Assembly: GCA_029977385.1 (NCBI GenBank)
Contig: JAPOKZ010000002.1
Span: 15,492-79,491 of the forward strand
DNA from: Methanobacteriota archaeon
Lineage (GTDB): Archaea > Thermoplasmatota > Poseidoniia > Poseidoniales > Thalassarchaeaceae
Length of the DNA stretch: 64,000 nt
Reading direction: 5' to 3'
A model generated the notes under the pieces. The model searched no databases. It had not been told where the DNA came from and worked only from the letters and a program-made list of their open reading frames with translations. The number at the start of each line of letters is the position of its first letter. The first letter of the stretch is position 1. Positions 1-9,620 of the stretch are shown here, in pieces. The position numbers and the translations under genes were made by a program.

Positions 1-318
1 GCTCGTAGTCTACTGGCACTTGTGGGATTGGAAAACGAGGTAGATCGCTTCCCAGCAGAGATCAGTGGGGGTCAGCAGCAGAGAGTAGCCATAGCTAGAA
101 GCCTAGCAAAGAGGCCACGCCTCCTTCTTGGAGACGAGTTGACGGGCAATCTGGACTCACAGACATCATCTGTTGTAATGGAAGTCCTAGTCAAGGCGTG
201 TGAGTCAGAGAGCATCACATGTGTTTTTGTCACTCATGACGAGTCCCTGGTCCAATTCGCTACAAGAGTCATAAGGATCGATAGTGGGAAAATAATCTCC
301 GATGATATAGTAGGATAG
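1..318 (+). CDS. ABC transporter ATP-binding protein, C-terminal fragment (5' end lies outside the window)
   Basis: The translation contains an ABC signature and Walker B region (EISGGQQQRVAIARSLAKRPRLLLGDELTGNLD) and an H-loop (VFVTHD). The frame is open to the window edge. Confidence 0.9.
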   Translation, partial: ARSLLALVGLENEVDRFPAEISGGQQQRVAIARSLAKRPRLLLGDELTGNLDSQTSSVVMEVLVKACESESITCVFVTHDESLVQFATRVIRIDSGKIISDDIVG

Positions 319-326
319 GTGAGGAC

Positions 327-2783
327 ATGCTCAACCTACTAAACAAGCGTCTGGCCAGAAGTATGATGAGATCAAAGATCAGACTCGCTGCAGTTGTGGC
401 TATGGTGGTCGTGGCAGTCTTTGCTGGGGTTTCATTCGCAGCTTACGCGCATACCGTTTCTGGGATGTATGATGAAATCTACGAGGACTCCGAGAAAGGA
501 GTCAATCTTCCAGATTTGTGGATAGAGAATCCCAGTGGTACTTGGGACGGAGAAATCTCAGCCTCTCTTTGCGAGGATATTACCAGTAATTGGCCAGAAT
601 CCGATTTGGTCCTGAAGGAATGCGAGCCCAGATTGAGGCTCGATGGAACAATGTTCCACAAAACTACAGAGGAAGGGCAGCAGAAAGAGAAACTTGTCCC
701 AGCCGTGTGGCACGGAATCGACGAGGGATTAGTGGACCGAGTTTGGATGCCTGATCACGATTGCTGTTCTGGTAGAATGGCCACAGAGGAATCCGAGATA
801 GTCATCGACGCTCGTGTTGCAACGGGGATGGAGGTTTCTTTGGGCGATTCCATGACCATAGGTGCCGGAAACGGTAGAATGAACTTCACTGTCGTGGGAA
901 TCGGACTCCACTCAAACCACCTTTACTATGCAAAAGATGGAGATCTATTCCCTGCTGAACCGGGTACCCTGGCTACAGGGTATCTAACATCAGAGGGGCT
1001 GGAAAGACTGGCTAATCTGAGCAGTGGCTCTTCGAATCTTATACTAATCGACGTATTGGGAACACCAGCTTACAATCTTCCATCTACAGATGAGGACGAT
1101 GGTCCAGAACTAACTCTGATCGCTCAAGCCATAGATGAGGCCATTTCTAATTCAATAGATTCACCTTCTCTAATTTATGATCGCTCACAAGTTTTCTCAG
1201 TTGAAATCTTACGTGCCGATGCCGAAGGGGCTATGTTGTTTTACATCCCGATAACTGGGATGATAGCTGCCATAGCTGGAATCACCCTTTTCCTTAGTCT
1301 TCAAAGACTAGTCCAGTCCCAGTCTCGGGAGATAGCGATTTTGAGAACTCTCGGTGTTCCAAGGTGGGCAATAATGCCATCCTATGTCCTCATGCCACTT
1401 GCAATTGGAATCACTGGATCTTTGTTCGGATCGATTCTGGGTGTTTATTTGGGTGCACCCGCCATGCTTGCGTTCTACGAGGACTTCATGGGGATACCCA
1501 TTCTCCAACCAACGGAACTCGGGCAAATAGTGATGCAGATAGTGGTTGTTACAACAGCGGTAGTGCTTTTCTCTGGAATATTGCCAGCCATACAAGCATC
1601 TAGGCTTCAGCCTCTAGAAGTGATGAGGGGGGAGCATGAGATTAGGATTTCTTCCAGGAAGATACAGGAAATCACTTCCCGGCTTCCTGCAACCGCTGGC
1701 TTGACCATTAGGTCTAGTATCAGGAAACCAGCAAGATTGACATTCACATTCCTAGCAGTTGGACTTTCTATGTTGCTTTTCGGAAGCACGACTCTAATGA
1801 TGTCATCCATGGAAGAAATGACGGTGGGATCAGTCGAAGAAAATCAGAACTGGGACATCCAGGCTAATGTGTTGTTCGGAGGAGAGGGCGAAGTAATAGA
1901 ATGGGTTAATGATAAGGGGGGTTATCATGAGAGAATCATCACCTTCCCAGCAAATCCAGTCAATGACTCACGGGTGATTTCCGCCAATGGGATGGACGTC
2001 CTATCCACGGAAAGTGGCGCACTAATCCGACTAGATCTGAAAGAAGGAAAGATGCCCGAAGAAGGTCGTCAGACTAATCAGATTCTAATCGATGAAGGAC
2101 TGAACCATTTCCTAGGATGGGAGAGGGGAGAATTCCAGACTCTCATGTTCGGGTCGACCTCCACGTCCGTTGAGATCGTTGGAATTACTCAGGGAGAAAT
2201 GAGCAGGACTGTTTACTTCCACAGATCAGACTTGGCAAAGATAGTCGGGATTGAAGCAACATCGGTTCTGATAGACCTTCCAGATGGAGCGGTTCCAGAT
2301 AGCGACCTTGGAAACGCCTCGCTGGTAGTGATAGAAAAGGAAGACCTGGTTTCTTCGTACGAGTCAGTTCTAGAACAGCAGCAGGGTTTCTTGGGCTCCA
2401 TTCTTTTTCTGGGAATCCTAATTGCCATAGTTGTCCTGTTCAATACCCTGATCATCAATCTCTCTGAAAGAGATAGGGAGATTGCAACTCTGAGGGTGCT
2501 TGGGGCCCCAATGAATAGGCTTGGCTGGATGATGTTTGGGGAGCACTTAGCGATAGGACTGATTGGGGGGGTATTGGCATTTATCTTCACTTTAGTCGGA
2601 ACTCAAGCAATGATCTCGTCTTTCGTCCAATGGTCATTTTACATGACAGTATCAGCTGATCCGGCAGTAGCAATGCAGCTAATCGGGATTGTTGTGTTCA
2701 TCTCTGTCATCCTGACCCCATATGGCATGAGAAGAATCAGAAAGATGGATTTAGTCGAGAAGGTCAAAGACCTATCGCAATAG
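327..2783 (+). CDS. ABC transporter permease, FtsX/MacB-like with two permease modules
   Basis: An 818-aa ORF starts 9 nt after the ATPase. It has an N-terminal TM helix, two large extracytoplasmic segments and two clusters of TM helices, each followed by a SEREIAILR/ SERDREIATLR-type FtsX motif. Confidence 0.85.
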   Translation: MLNLLNKRLARSMMRSKIRLAAVVAMVVVAVFAGVSFAAYAHTVSGMYDEIYEDSEKGVNLPDLWIENPSGTWDGEISASLCEDITSNWPESDLVLKECEPRLRLDGTMFHKTTEEGQQKEKLVPAVWHGIDEGLVDRVWMPDHDCCSGRMATEESEIVIDARVATGMEVSLGDSMTIGAGNGRMNFTVVGIGLHSNHLYYAKDGDLFPAEPGTLATGYLTSEGLERLANLSSGSSNLILIDVLGTPAYNLPSTDEDDGPELTLIAQAIDEAISNSIDSPSLIYDRSQVFSVEILRADAEGAMLFYIPITGMIAAIAGITLFLSLQRLVQSQSREIAILRTLGVPRWAIMPSYVLMPLAIGITGSLFGSILGVYLGAPAMLAFYEDFMGIPILQPTELGQIVMQIVVVTTAVVLFSGILPAIQASRLQPLEVMRGEHEIRISSRKIQEITSRLPATAGLTIRSSIRKPARLTFTFLAVGLSMLLFGSTTLMMSSMEEMTVGSVEENQNWDIQANVLFGGEGEVIEWVNDKGGYHERIITFPANPVNDSRVISANGMDVLSTESGALIRLDLKEGKMPEEGRQTNQILIDEGLNHFLGWERGEFQTLMFGSTSTSVEIVGITQGEMSRTVYFHRSDLAKIVGIEATSVLIDLPDGAVPDSDLGNASLVVIEKEDLVSSYESVLEQQQGFLGSILFLGILIAIVVLFNTLIINLSERDREIATLRVLGAPMNRLGWMMFGEHLAIGLIGGVLAFIFTLVGTQAMISSFVQWSFYMTVSADPAVAMQLIGIVVFISVILTPYGMRRIRKMDLVEKVKDLSQ

Positions 2784-2792
2784 CGCATAGAC

Positions 2793-3575
2793 ATGCGAGT
2801 CGTAACTTGGAATCTGAATGGTATCCGAGCAGCTCATAGAAAGGGGCTAGATGATTTCATCGAGAGGATTGATGCAGACGTAATGCTATTCCAAGAAGTT
2901 AGGGCACTTCCCGAGCAGATGCCCAAGGAATGGTCCGAGCCGGAGGGATACGACGTGATTTGGCATCCTGCCGAGAAGAAGGGCTACTCTGGCGTAATGT
3001 CATGCTCGAGAGTCGGGATGATTGAGATTGAGAGGGGGATAGACACGGATCTCGATGAGACTAGAGACCCTGAAGGGAGGGTACTAGTGACAAAACATGG
3101 TAATTTGAGTTGCGTCAACATGTATCTTCCAAATGGATCAGCGAGACAAGAGCGTCAGAACTACAAGGATCAGTGGCTTGAAGACATGCTCCTCTGGAGC
3201 CAGAAATTCCTGGATTCCGATGAACCCGCTCTTCTCTGTGGTGATCTGAATATCGCGCACACTGAGGATGACATCTGGGATCCATCTGGAAACAAGCGTA
3301 CTTCGGGTTTCTTGGAGCACGAGAGGGAGTGGTTCGATAGGATGCTGGAATCTGGTTGGTCCGATCTCCTTCGTATACATGTGGGGGATGTCAAGGGCCC
3401 TTATTCGTGGTGGTCCAACTTCCGTAGGGCAAGAGAGAGGGACAGGGGTTGGAGGATTGACTACATCCTTGCTAACAAGGTTGCAAGACCTTTGATGAAA
3501 TCAGCAGAGATAATGAGGGAAGGTGGGCTTGTTGTTTCTGATCACGCTCCAGTAATAGTAGACTTGGAAATGTGA
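2793..3575 (+). CDS. xth: exodeoxyribonuclease III (AP endonuclease, EEP family)
   Basis: The N-terminus is MRVVTWNLNGIRA. FQEVR, GDLNIAH and VSDHAPV motifs are typical of the Xth/APE1 family. Length is 260 aa. Confidence 0.9.
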   Translation: MRVVTWNLNGIRAAHRKGLDDFIERIDADVMLFQEVRALPEQMPKEWSEPEGYDVIWHPAEKKGYSGVMSCSRVGMIEIERGIDTDLDETRDPEGRVLVTKHGNLSCVNMYLPNGSARQERQNYKDQWLEDMLLWSQKFLDSDEPALLCGDLNIAHTEDDIWDPSGNKRTSGFLEHEREWFDRMLESGWSDLLRIHVGDVKGPYSWWSNFRRARERDRGWRIDYILANKVARPLMKSAEIMREGGLVVSDHAPVIVDLEM

Positions 3576-3609
3576 ATACGCTCCACTTCGATTCACTATT
3601 TCCCCGCCG

Positions 3610-4464
3610 ATGATACTCTCATCAAGTCAGAGGGTATCCTTCAAGAGAGGGGAACATAGGCGATTAATCGTGAAAGACGTTCTAGCAGGTCGCTTGGAAA
3701 CGATTCTACCTGATGGAAGAGGGGTCTGGGTACCAATGGATCACAGTGCCTCCTCCTTCCCGGAACAGGGTTTGTTAGATTCGGATAGAGCTGTTGATAC
3801 AGTCATTGAAGGGGGGGCAGACGCAATAGTCATGCAGAAGGGGCCGATATCCCACCACTTCGCCAGAACTTCATGGGGTCGGTTCGTCTGTCATGCATCC
3901 TTGTCCACCATCCATGGTGGAGATCGTTCTCAAGACAAAGTCCTGGTGGCCACTCCTTCCGAGGGCCTGGATAGGGGGGCAATAGCAATGTCCGCGCAAG
4001 TCAATCTCGGAGATCCGGCAGAGCCAGAAATGGTCAAGAGGATGGCCAGAATAACTACAGGTTCCCATGAGAAAGATATCCCGGTATTGGGGATGTTCTA
4101 TCCGAGGGGGAGCAACCTGCACTTGGACGATTCAGACTCCACATCAGGCGTCGCTCATGCAGCTAGACTTGCATGGGAGTTGGGATGCAATGTTGTCAAG
4201 GTTCCTTGGACTGGCTCCGAGGAGTCTTTCAGGATAGTGACCTCCTCCGTTCCGATTCCAGTATTAGTTTCTGGAGGCCCCAAGGACGATGACTTCGGCA
4301 AAGTTCTGGAATTAGTTGAGAAATCAATTAATGCGGGAGGATCGGGAGTCTGCATGGGAAGAAACGTATTCTCCTCCGAGGATCCGGCTTCCAGGATCAG
4401 AGCATTGAGGGCTATTGTTCATGACGAGGCCAGCGCAGAAGAGGCTTCTAGGCATCTGAGGTGA
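3610..4464 (+). CDS. aroA': 2-amino-3,7-dideoxy-D-threo-hept-6-ulosonate (ADH) synthase, class I aldolase family (archaeal AroA')
   Basis: It has a DhnA-type aldolase pattern (VWVPMDHSAS..GL, GGADAIVMQKG, and a Schiff-base-type lysine context NVVKVPWTG). It lies directly upstream of DHQ synthase II. Confidence 0.75.
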   Translation: MILSSSQRVSFKRGEHRRLIVKDVLAGRLETILPDGRGVWVPMDHSASSFPEQGLLDSDRAVDTVIEGGADAIVMQKGPISHHFARTSWGRFVCHASLSTIHGGDRSQDKVLVATPSEGLDRGAIAMSAQVNLGDPAEPEMVKRMARITTGSHEKDIPVLGMFYPRGSNLHLDDSDSTSGVAHAARLAWELGCNVVKVPWTGSEESFRIVTSSVPIPVLVSGGPKDDDFGKVLELVEKSINAGGSGVCMGRNVFSSEDPASRIRALRAIVHDEASAEEASRHLR

Positions 4465-4465
4465 G

Positions 4466-5404
4466 ATGATGCAGATTTGGGTAGAAAATGAAGAGAACTT
4501 GGCCACTAATCAAAATACTGTCTCTCGCTTCTGGACTGGTTCCTCCAATGATGTTGCAGAAGTTTCAATCGACGTCCCCTCTGATCAGGATGAGGCTATT
4601 TCGCTCATTGGACTTGTGCCTTGGATTTTGGTCAGATGCACGGATTGGACAATGATACCTCTAGAGAATCTAGTCGCGTGCTCAAGAGGGACTCAGACTA
4701 GAATTGCTGCAGCAATAGATAGAGAGATCGAAATTTCAGGAGCAGCATTTGCGCTTGGAGGTGGTGTCGATGCTATTCTGGTTCCAGGAAGGATGTTGGA
4801 TGAAGCAGTCCAGTTTTTGGGAGATAGATGGACCAAGGAAGAAAACCCTGAGAATCGAAAAATAAATCCTACAGAGGCAAGAATACTATCTATGGAAAGT
4901 GCGGGAGTTGGTGAGAGAGTATGCATAGATCTGACAAGAAGGATAAACGAAGGTCAAGGGGCGGCCAGTGGTTCTATTTCTGGAAAATTATGTCTAATAC
5001 ATGGTGAAACTATTTCGTCAGAATATGTTCCCAATAGGCCATTCAGAATTAATGCTGGAGCGATTCACTCTTACATCCTGATGGCAGATGGAATGACCAA
5101 GTACATGAGCGAATTAGAAACAGGTGACGAAATAGCCATCTTGTCTTCTTCCGGATCTATCGAAACTGCAATAGTAGGTAGGCTAAAGATAGAATTGAGG
5201 CCCCTTCTCGTTGTCAAATTCGAGATTTCCGGAGAAGAGGGGCAGGTAGTAGTCCAGCAAGCAGAGACCGTTAGATTTGTTTCCCCGAAGGGGACGGCTG
5301 TTTCAGTAACAGATTCAAAGGCTGGAGACAAAATAACGGTATTCACAGACGACCGAGTAAGGCATATTGGAATTGCACTTGATGGGGAGATGGTGGAAAA
5401 GTGA
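4466..5404 (+). CDS. aroB': 3-dehydroquinate synthase II (archaeal AroB')
   Basis: A 312-aa ORF starts 1 nt after aroA'. Its position between ADH synthase and shikimate kinase and its general resemblance to the MJ1249 family support the call. No bacterial AroB motifs are present. Confidence 0.65.
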   Translation: MMQIWVENEENLATNQNTVSRFWTGSSNDVAEVSIDVPSDQDEAISLIGLVPWILVRCTDWTMIPLENLVACSRGTQTRIAAAIDREIEISGAAFALGGGVDAILVPGRMLDEAVQFLGDRWTKEENPENRKINPTEARILSMESAGVGERVCIDLTRRINEGQGAASGSISGKLCLIHGETISSEYVPNRPFRINAGAIHSYILMADGMTKYMSELETGDEIAILSSSGSIETAIVGRLKIELRPLLVVKFEISGEEGQVVVQQAETVRFVSPKGTAVSVTDSKAGDKITVFTDDRVRHIGIALDGEMVEK

Positions 5405-6255
5405 ATGTGCTAGGAGAAGGGGAATCGAAAGGTGCGATATCCATTCTCCATGCTCTGGGACTGAGCAGAGGTTGCTCTATAGGAATCCAACTAAAAACCA
5501 ATGTCAAGATTGTAGAAGATGCGATTGAAATTGAAGGTGACAGGCACGATCTTCTTGATGCAGTTGAGAAATGCTGGAGGGACAGAGGTCTCCCAATACC
5601 CGACAAATTCGGATGGAAGGTGGAAAGCTCAATCCCTATTGGCCAGGGTCTTAAGTCAAGCTCAGCATTGTCTTGTGCGGCTCTCAGGGCTCTCAACTCA
5701 TGCGCCTGGGCTGGTCTTTCTAACTCTGAGATCGCAGATATCGCTGCTAACTCCCAGCTAATCGCCAACTGTGCCAAGACTGGTAGTATGGACGATAATT
5801 GGGCGTCATTGGAGCCGGGCTGGAAGCTTGTAGACCCCAGTCTACCTGCGTCTGAGTCAATTATTCTCCAAGGAGACATTGATCCTGGTCTTTCGATACT
5901 CCTAGTACTTAGGGGAGAAAGATTAGTGGAGATTTCGCCTGAGGACTTTTCACATCATCAGCAGATTTTCGAGAGGTCCCTAGCTTCCATAATGAGGGGT
6001 TCAATTCTAGATGCATTGTCATCAAATGGAATGGCTGTTGCAGCAGCAACTGATGATCAAGAGGCTCTGAGAATTTGCAATTTGAGCATCGCATCAGGAG
6101 CCATTGCAGCTGGCATTAGTGGGTCTGGACCATCAATTGCTATAGTATGCTACGAGGAAGATTCACCATCTCTTTGCAAGTTATTTTCCGAATCTGGGCT
6201 AGAGGTCATTTCAACAGGCATTTATGTGAAAGATGAGATTTCCGAGGTGCAATGA
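5401..6255 (+). CDS. aroK: shikimate kinase, archaeal GHMP-kinase type
   Basis: It has a GHMP motif II-like segment (PIGQGLKSSSALSCAALRAL) and a C-terminal GSGPSIA motif. The GTG start overlaps the aroB' stop by 4 nt. Confidence 0.7.
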   Translation: MNVLGEGESKGAISILHALGLSRGCSIGIQLKTNVKIVEDAIEIEGDRHDLLDAVEKCWRDRGLPIPDKFGWKVESSIPIGQGLKSSSALSCAALRALNSCAWAGLSNSEIADIAANSQLIANCAKTGSMDDNWASLEPGWKLVDPSLPASESIILQGDIDPGLSILLVLRGERLVEISPEDFSHHQQIFERSLASIMRGSILDALSSNGMAVAAATDDQEALRICNLSIASGAIAAGISGSGPSIAIVCYEEDSPSLCKLFSESGLEVISTGIYVKDEISEVQ

Positions 6256-7349
6256 TGGGGATGGGACTTGGCGAACATCTGAAAGTCACGCTATTCGGAG
6301 AGAGCCACGGCAAGTGTGTAGGGGCTCTTTTCGAGGGAATCCCTCCAGGGACAGAAATCGACTTGGACGCCCTCGCCAACGACTTATCTCTCAGAAAACC
6401 TGGAAGAAGAGGGATGTCAGCTAGACTGGAGAAGGACGAATGCGAGATTCTGTCAGGAGTTCACGAGGGAAAGGCAACAGGTTGGCCATTGCTTATGATT
6501 GCAAGAAACTCAGATGCGCGATCATCCGACTATAGCTTCCTGCCCGATCATCCACGTCCAGGACATGCTGATATGGTTGAGGAAATCAGATCTAGCGGGT
6601 CCAATGACCCTCGAGGAGGCGGTTCACAGTCAGCTAGACTGACTCTAGGATTAGTGGCAGCAGGAAGCCAGGTAAGGAAAATGCTAGACGAAGCAGGATG
6701 GTCATGCCACGCCCATCTAAGTAGAGTGGGCGACATCTCATCCAGGCCATTGATCCATCTAGATACTTCCCAGACTCTAGAAGAGGGAACGGAGATGTCT
6801 AGGTTAAACTGCAGAGACCCCGAAGCTGCAGTAAGAATGGGGGAAGCGATTAGAAAAATTCGAAGGGAGAAGGACTCAATCGGCTCTGTGGTAGAGCTAT
6901 TGATTCTCGGACTTCCTATTGGAGTCGGAGAACCATGGTTCGACGGGTTGGAGCCATCTCTTGCTAGAGCATTAATGGCAATTCCTGGAGCTAGAGCAAT
7001 AGAGTTCTCCAATGGAATCGAGGCATCAAGAATGAGGGGCTCAGAGAATAACGATATGTGGGCACCAGGGCACGATTTACCTGAGTTGGAAGGGGCCGAG
7101 ACTGGAGATGCAGACGGGGCTTTAGGGGGTAGATCAACTGGAGCCCCGTTACGGGTTTTGGTGCACTTCAAACCTCCAAGCAGCTTACCAAGGGAGCAAT
7201 TCACCCTGCATCTTCCTAGTAACAAGAAACAGGCACTGAAGGTAGGCGGAAGGCATGATCCTGTTATCGGGCCTAGGGCAGCACCCGTTGTAGAAGCAGT
7301 TGCAATGCTAGTTGTAGCAGATCTGGGAATTGCCGGGGGATTCCTCTAG
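6252..7349 (+). CDS. aroC: chorismate synthase
   Basis: The N-terminus (LKVTLFGESHGKCVGALFEGIPPG), RPGHAD and GGRSTGA.. motifs support the call. It overlaps aroK by 4 nt. Confidence 0.92.
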   Translation: MMGMGLGEHLKVTLFGESHGKCVGALFEGIPPGTEIDLDALANDLSLRKPGRRGMSARLEKDECEILSGVHEGKATGWPLLMIARNSDARSSDYSFLPDHPRPGHADMVEEIRSSGSNDPRGGGSQSARLTLGLVAAGSQVRKMLDEAGWSCHAHLSRVGDISSRPLIHLDTSQTLEEGTEMSRLNCRDPEAAVRMGEAIRKIRREKDSIGSVVELLILGLPIGVGEPWFDGLEPSLARALMAIPGARAIEFSNGIEASRMRGSENNDMWAPGHDLPELEGAETGDADGALGGRSTGAPLRVLVHFKPPSSLPREQFTLHLPSNKKQALKVGGRHDPVIGPRAAPVVEAVAMLVVADLGIAGGFL

Positions 7350-8272
7350 CCGGATTGACTTTCTAGATACTGTTGAATCCTGAGAGGGAGGTTAATTGCG
7401 AACATCCCTGCTATCACGATGAAAACTAGAATAGTTCCCAATGCAACTCCGTAAACGCTAGTCAACTCCACGCTCTCCTCTAGACGATTTGCAGCAACAG
7501 AATCGAAAATACCTACGAATAGAGGAACGAAGAAATTGATGAACAGTGTTAGAGTTGCTACCAATGCTGCAACGATAGGAGTGTAACCAAGTGCCCTGTT
7601 ATACCTGTCCGTGATGCTCTTGACGTTCATCACGTATACTTCTCCAGTTCTTATCGAGGTATCGAGCATAGAGAAGCGGATTACTGCGCTAGAGACCTCG
7701 ATGTAAACGACTAGGAAGACTGCATACAATATCAGTAGCAACTTCTGCATGATTTCGTTCTCCGGCAAAAAATTCAACCCAAACTCGACCTTGCTTCCAG
7801 CGAACCTGATGGTGACCAGAATTAGCATTACGTAAGACAGTAGTATAGCCCTTTGGTCCCTTTGCCAAACCCCCCAGAAACCAGATATCAGTCCAATTAG
7901 AATCATCAGTAGGTGGAGCCATAGCCCTAGGAAGCCAAGACCGATCATGTTTGATATCGCGAACCATGCAGTCCCAGAAACAGGCGTGAGCATGAAAGTC
8001 AGAAATCCTAGTACCAAGAGCGAACCTATTGCTCCCATCTGAAGGTTAAGGACCATTTTGTTAGGCGATACAAACTCCCTATTAACGAGAATCGGACCTC
8101 CGAAGATAGCATCTATCCAACTTGGTATGGCGACATCTGGAACCGCATCATCGGGTATCCCGCTGTCTGCTTTCAGTGTTCCAGCAGCCCGTTTTCTGCT
8201 AGGAGCCGATGAACGTACCACCTTCCCCTCATACAGGTGCGAAGTATCTACTGGACTCTTGCCTTCTTCCAT
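7346..8272 (-). CDS. polytopic membrane protein, unknown function; last gene of the MoxR/DUF58 run
   Basis: The 308-aa ORF has at least 6 hydrophobic helices and starts 12 nt after the DUF58 stop. I recognised no family motif. Confidence 0.55.
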   Translation of the reverse strand: MEEGKSPVDTSHLYEGKVVRSSAPSRKRAAGTLKADSGIPDDAVPDVAIPSWIDAIFGGPILVNREFVSPNKMVLNLQMGAIGSLLVLGFLTFMLTPVSGTAWFAISNMIGLGFLGLWLHLLMILIGLISGFWGVWQRDQRAILLSYVMLILVTIRFAGSKVEFGLNFLPENEIMQKLLLILYAVFLVVYIEVSSAVIRFSMLDTSIRTGEVYVMNVKSITDRYNRALGYTPIVAALVATLTLFINFFVPLFVGIFDSVAANRLEESVELTSVYGVALGTILVFIVIAGMFAINLPLRIQQYLESQSG

Positions 8273-8284
8273 AATTGCAACACC

Positions 8285-9604
8285 TCAGAATCCTCTTGCA
8301 CCAGCCAGAGCCGTGAATAGTAGCATGTCTGGCTCCCAGTCCATGACATACGCCCCCAGTCCTCTAAGCTCTGTCATCAGAATGTCCCTCTCAGTTTTCA
8401 GTACCTCGTAGCCTGTTCTATCTATTCTCCTAGCATCGAATTCGAACTCTAGGCTGCTAGGTGAGAGTACAGTGACCTCGAAATTCCTTGCCCTCAGGTC
8501 CCTTACAGCATCGACTATTGTCGGATCATCCTCTAACGGGGACAGGATGATGATGGGGCTGCCTCTGTGAATGTGGGGCATGATCCTAGTAGTTACAATC
8601 TTCAGTGGAGTATTCCCCTTCGCCATAGCTCCTGCCAGTTTTGTCAGTATCACATACAATTGCTTCTTCCCAGTATCTCTGTCTACTGAAACAATCTCGT
8701 CCCCATAAACTACGAGCCCTACAGAGTCGCGCCTGGACAGGAAGTGCTGAGTCAGACTAGCTGCCGCTCTAGTGCTGTATACCAGTGAGTTTCTGCTCAC
8801 TGGTCCAGTTTCGCTGACTGCCCTGCTGTCAACCAGAATAATTACGTCGCTAACAGCATCCCTTTCAAATTCGTTAACCATCATCTTTCCGTCCTGTCTA
8901 GCAGTCGCTTTCCAGTTCACTTTCCTTATCGGATCGCCTGGCAAGTACTCTCGAAGGTTGTAGAAATTAGAACCCTCGCCCGGATTTCTGATGTTCACTG
9001 CTCCAGTGAAGATCTTAGGGACCCTGCTCTTGATCATTGCATCTTTGATGTCCTCCATCTTCGGGAAAACAAGGAAGTCGTCGTAGAGTTGTACCTCCTT
9101 CTCATTGTGAAAGAGGCCCAATTCATCTTGTACCCTGATGCAAACAGGACCAATTGTGTAGAACCCCCTCAAAGGGGTCTCTATTGTGTAGGAAATCTCC
9201 GTCTCTCTTTTTGGACCTATTTCCATTAGAACGTAATTGGCCCCTTTCTTGATTCTCATTACCTCGGGGACCCTATCTCTGACTTCCAAGACCTTCGCAA
9301 TTGCAGATCTATTCTGGATTCTAAGGGTCACGTCTATCTCGCCATCCTCGAAAACTCTTGATGACGAGGTCTTCCTCATAGCGACAATACTCTGTAGCTG
9401 GATGCCCTCATCGAGTACTGCCTCCTCGAGCCTTCTCCCAGAGGATGCGACATCCCCATGCGCTGTCCTAAGGGCTGCCCACGTTAGGAATGAAAGTAGA
9501 ACCACTGCCACTGTTACTAACTGTTGGTTTCGCAGCACTAGTCCTAGCAGGTACATCGCAACCGAAAGAGATGCGAACATCGCAGACTTTCGGCTCCAGG
9601 CCAC
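8285..9604 (-). CDS. DUF58-family protein (vWA-like fold) with N-terminal TM helices
   Basis: It carries the diagnostic DUF58 segment NFYNLREYLPGDPIRKVNWKATAR, followed by VIILVDS. It lies immediately downstream of a MoxR ATPase, the canonical pairing. Confidence 0.8.
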   Translation of the reverse strand: MAWSRKSAMFASLSVAMYLLGLVLRNQQLVTVAVVLLSFLTWAALRTAHGDVASSGRRLEEAVLDEGIQLQSIVAMRKTSSSRVFEDGEIDVTLRIQNRSAIAKVLEVRDRVPEVMRIKKGANYVLMEIGPKRETEISYTIETPLRGFYTIGPVCIRVQDELGLFHNEKEVQLYDDFLVFPKMEDIKDAMIKSRVPKIFTGAVNIRNPGEGSNFYNLREYLPGDPIRKVNWKATARQDGKMMVNEFERDAVSDVIILVDSRAVSETGPVSRNSLVYSTRAAASLTQHFLSRRDSVGLVVYGDEIVSVDRDTGKKQLYVILTKLAGAMAKGNTPLKIVTTRIMPHIHRGSPIIILSPLEDDPTIVDAVRDLRARNFEVTVLSPSSLEFEFDARRIDRTGYEVLKTERDILMTELRGLGAYVMDWEPDMLLFTALAGARGF

Positions 9605-9620
9605 CTTTACACCTCAACAT

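Noticed and set aside
6548-7225. 225-aa ORF antisense to chorismate synthase
   Set aside because: It is embedded in aroC. The sequence is Ser/Pro/Leu-rich with no start context, so it is most likely a chance open antisense frame.
7346-7349. Convergent aroC and membrane-protein genes share a CTAG that provides the stop codon on both strands
   Set aside because: The feature is real but is a trivial result of tight packing. It shows only that there is no room for intergenic terminators.
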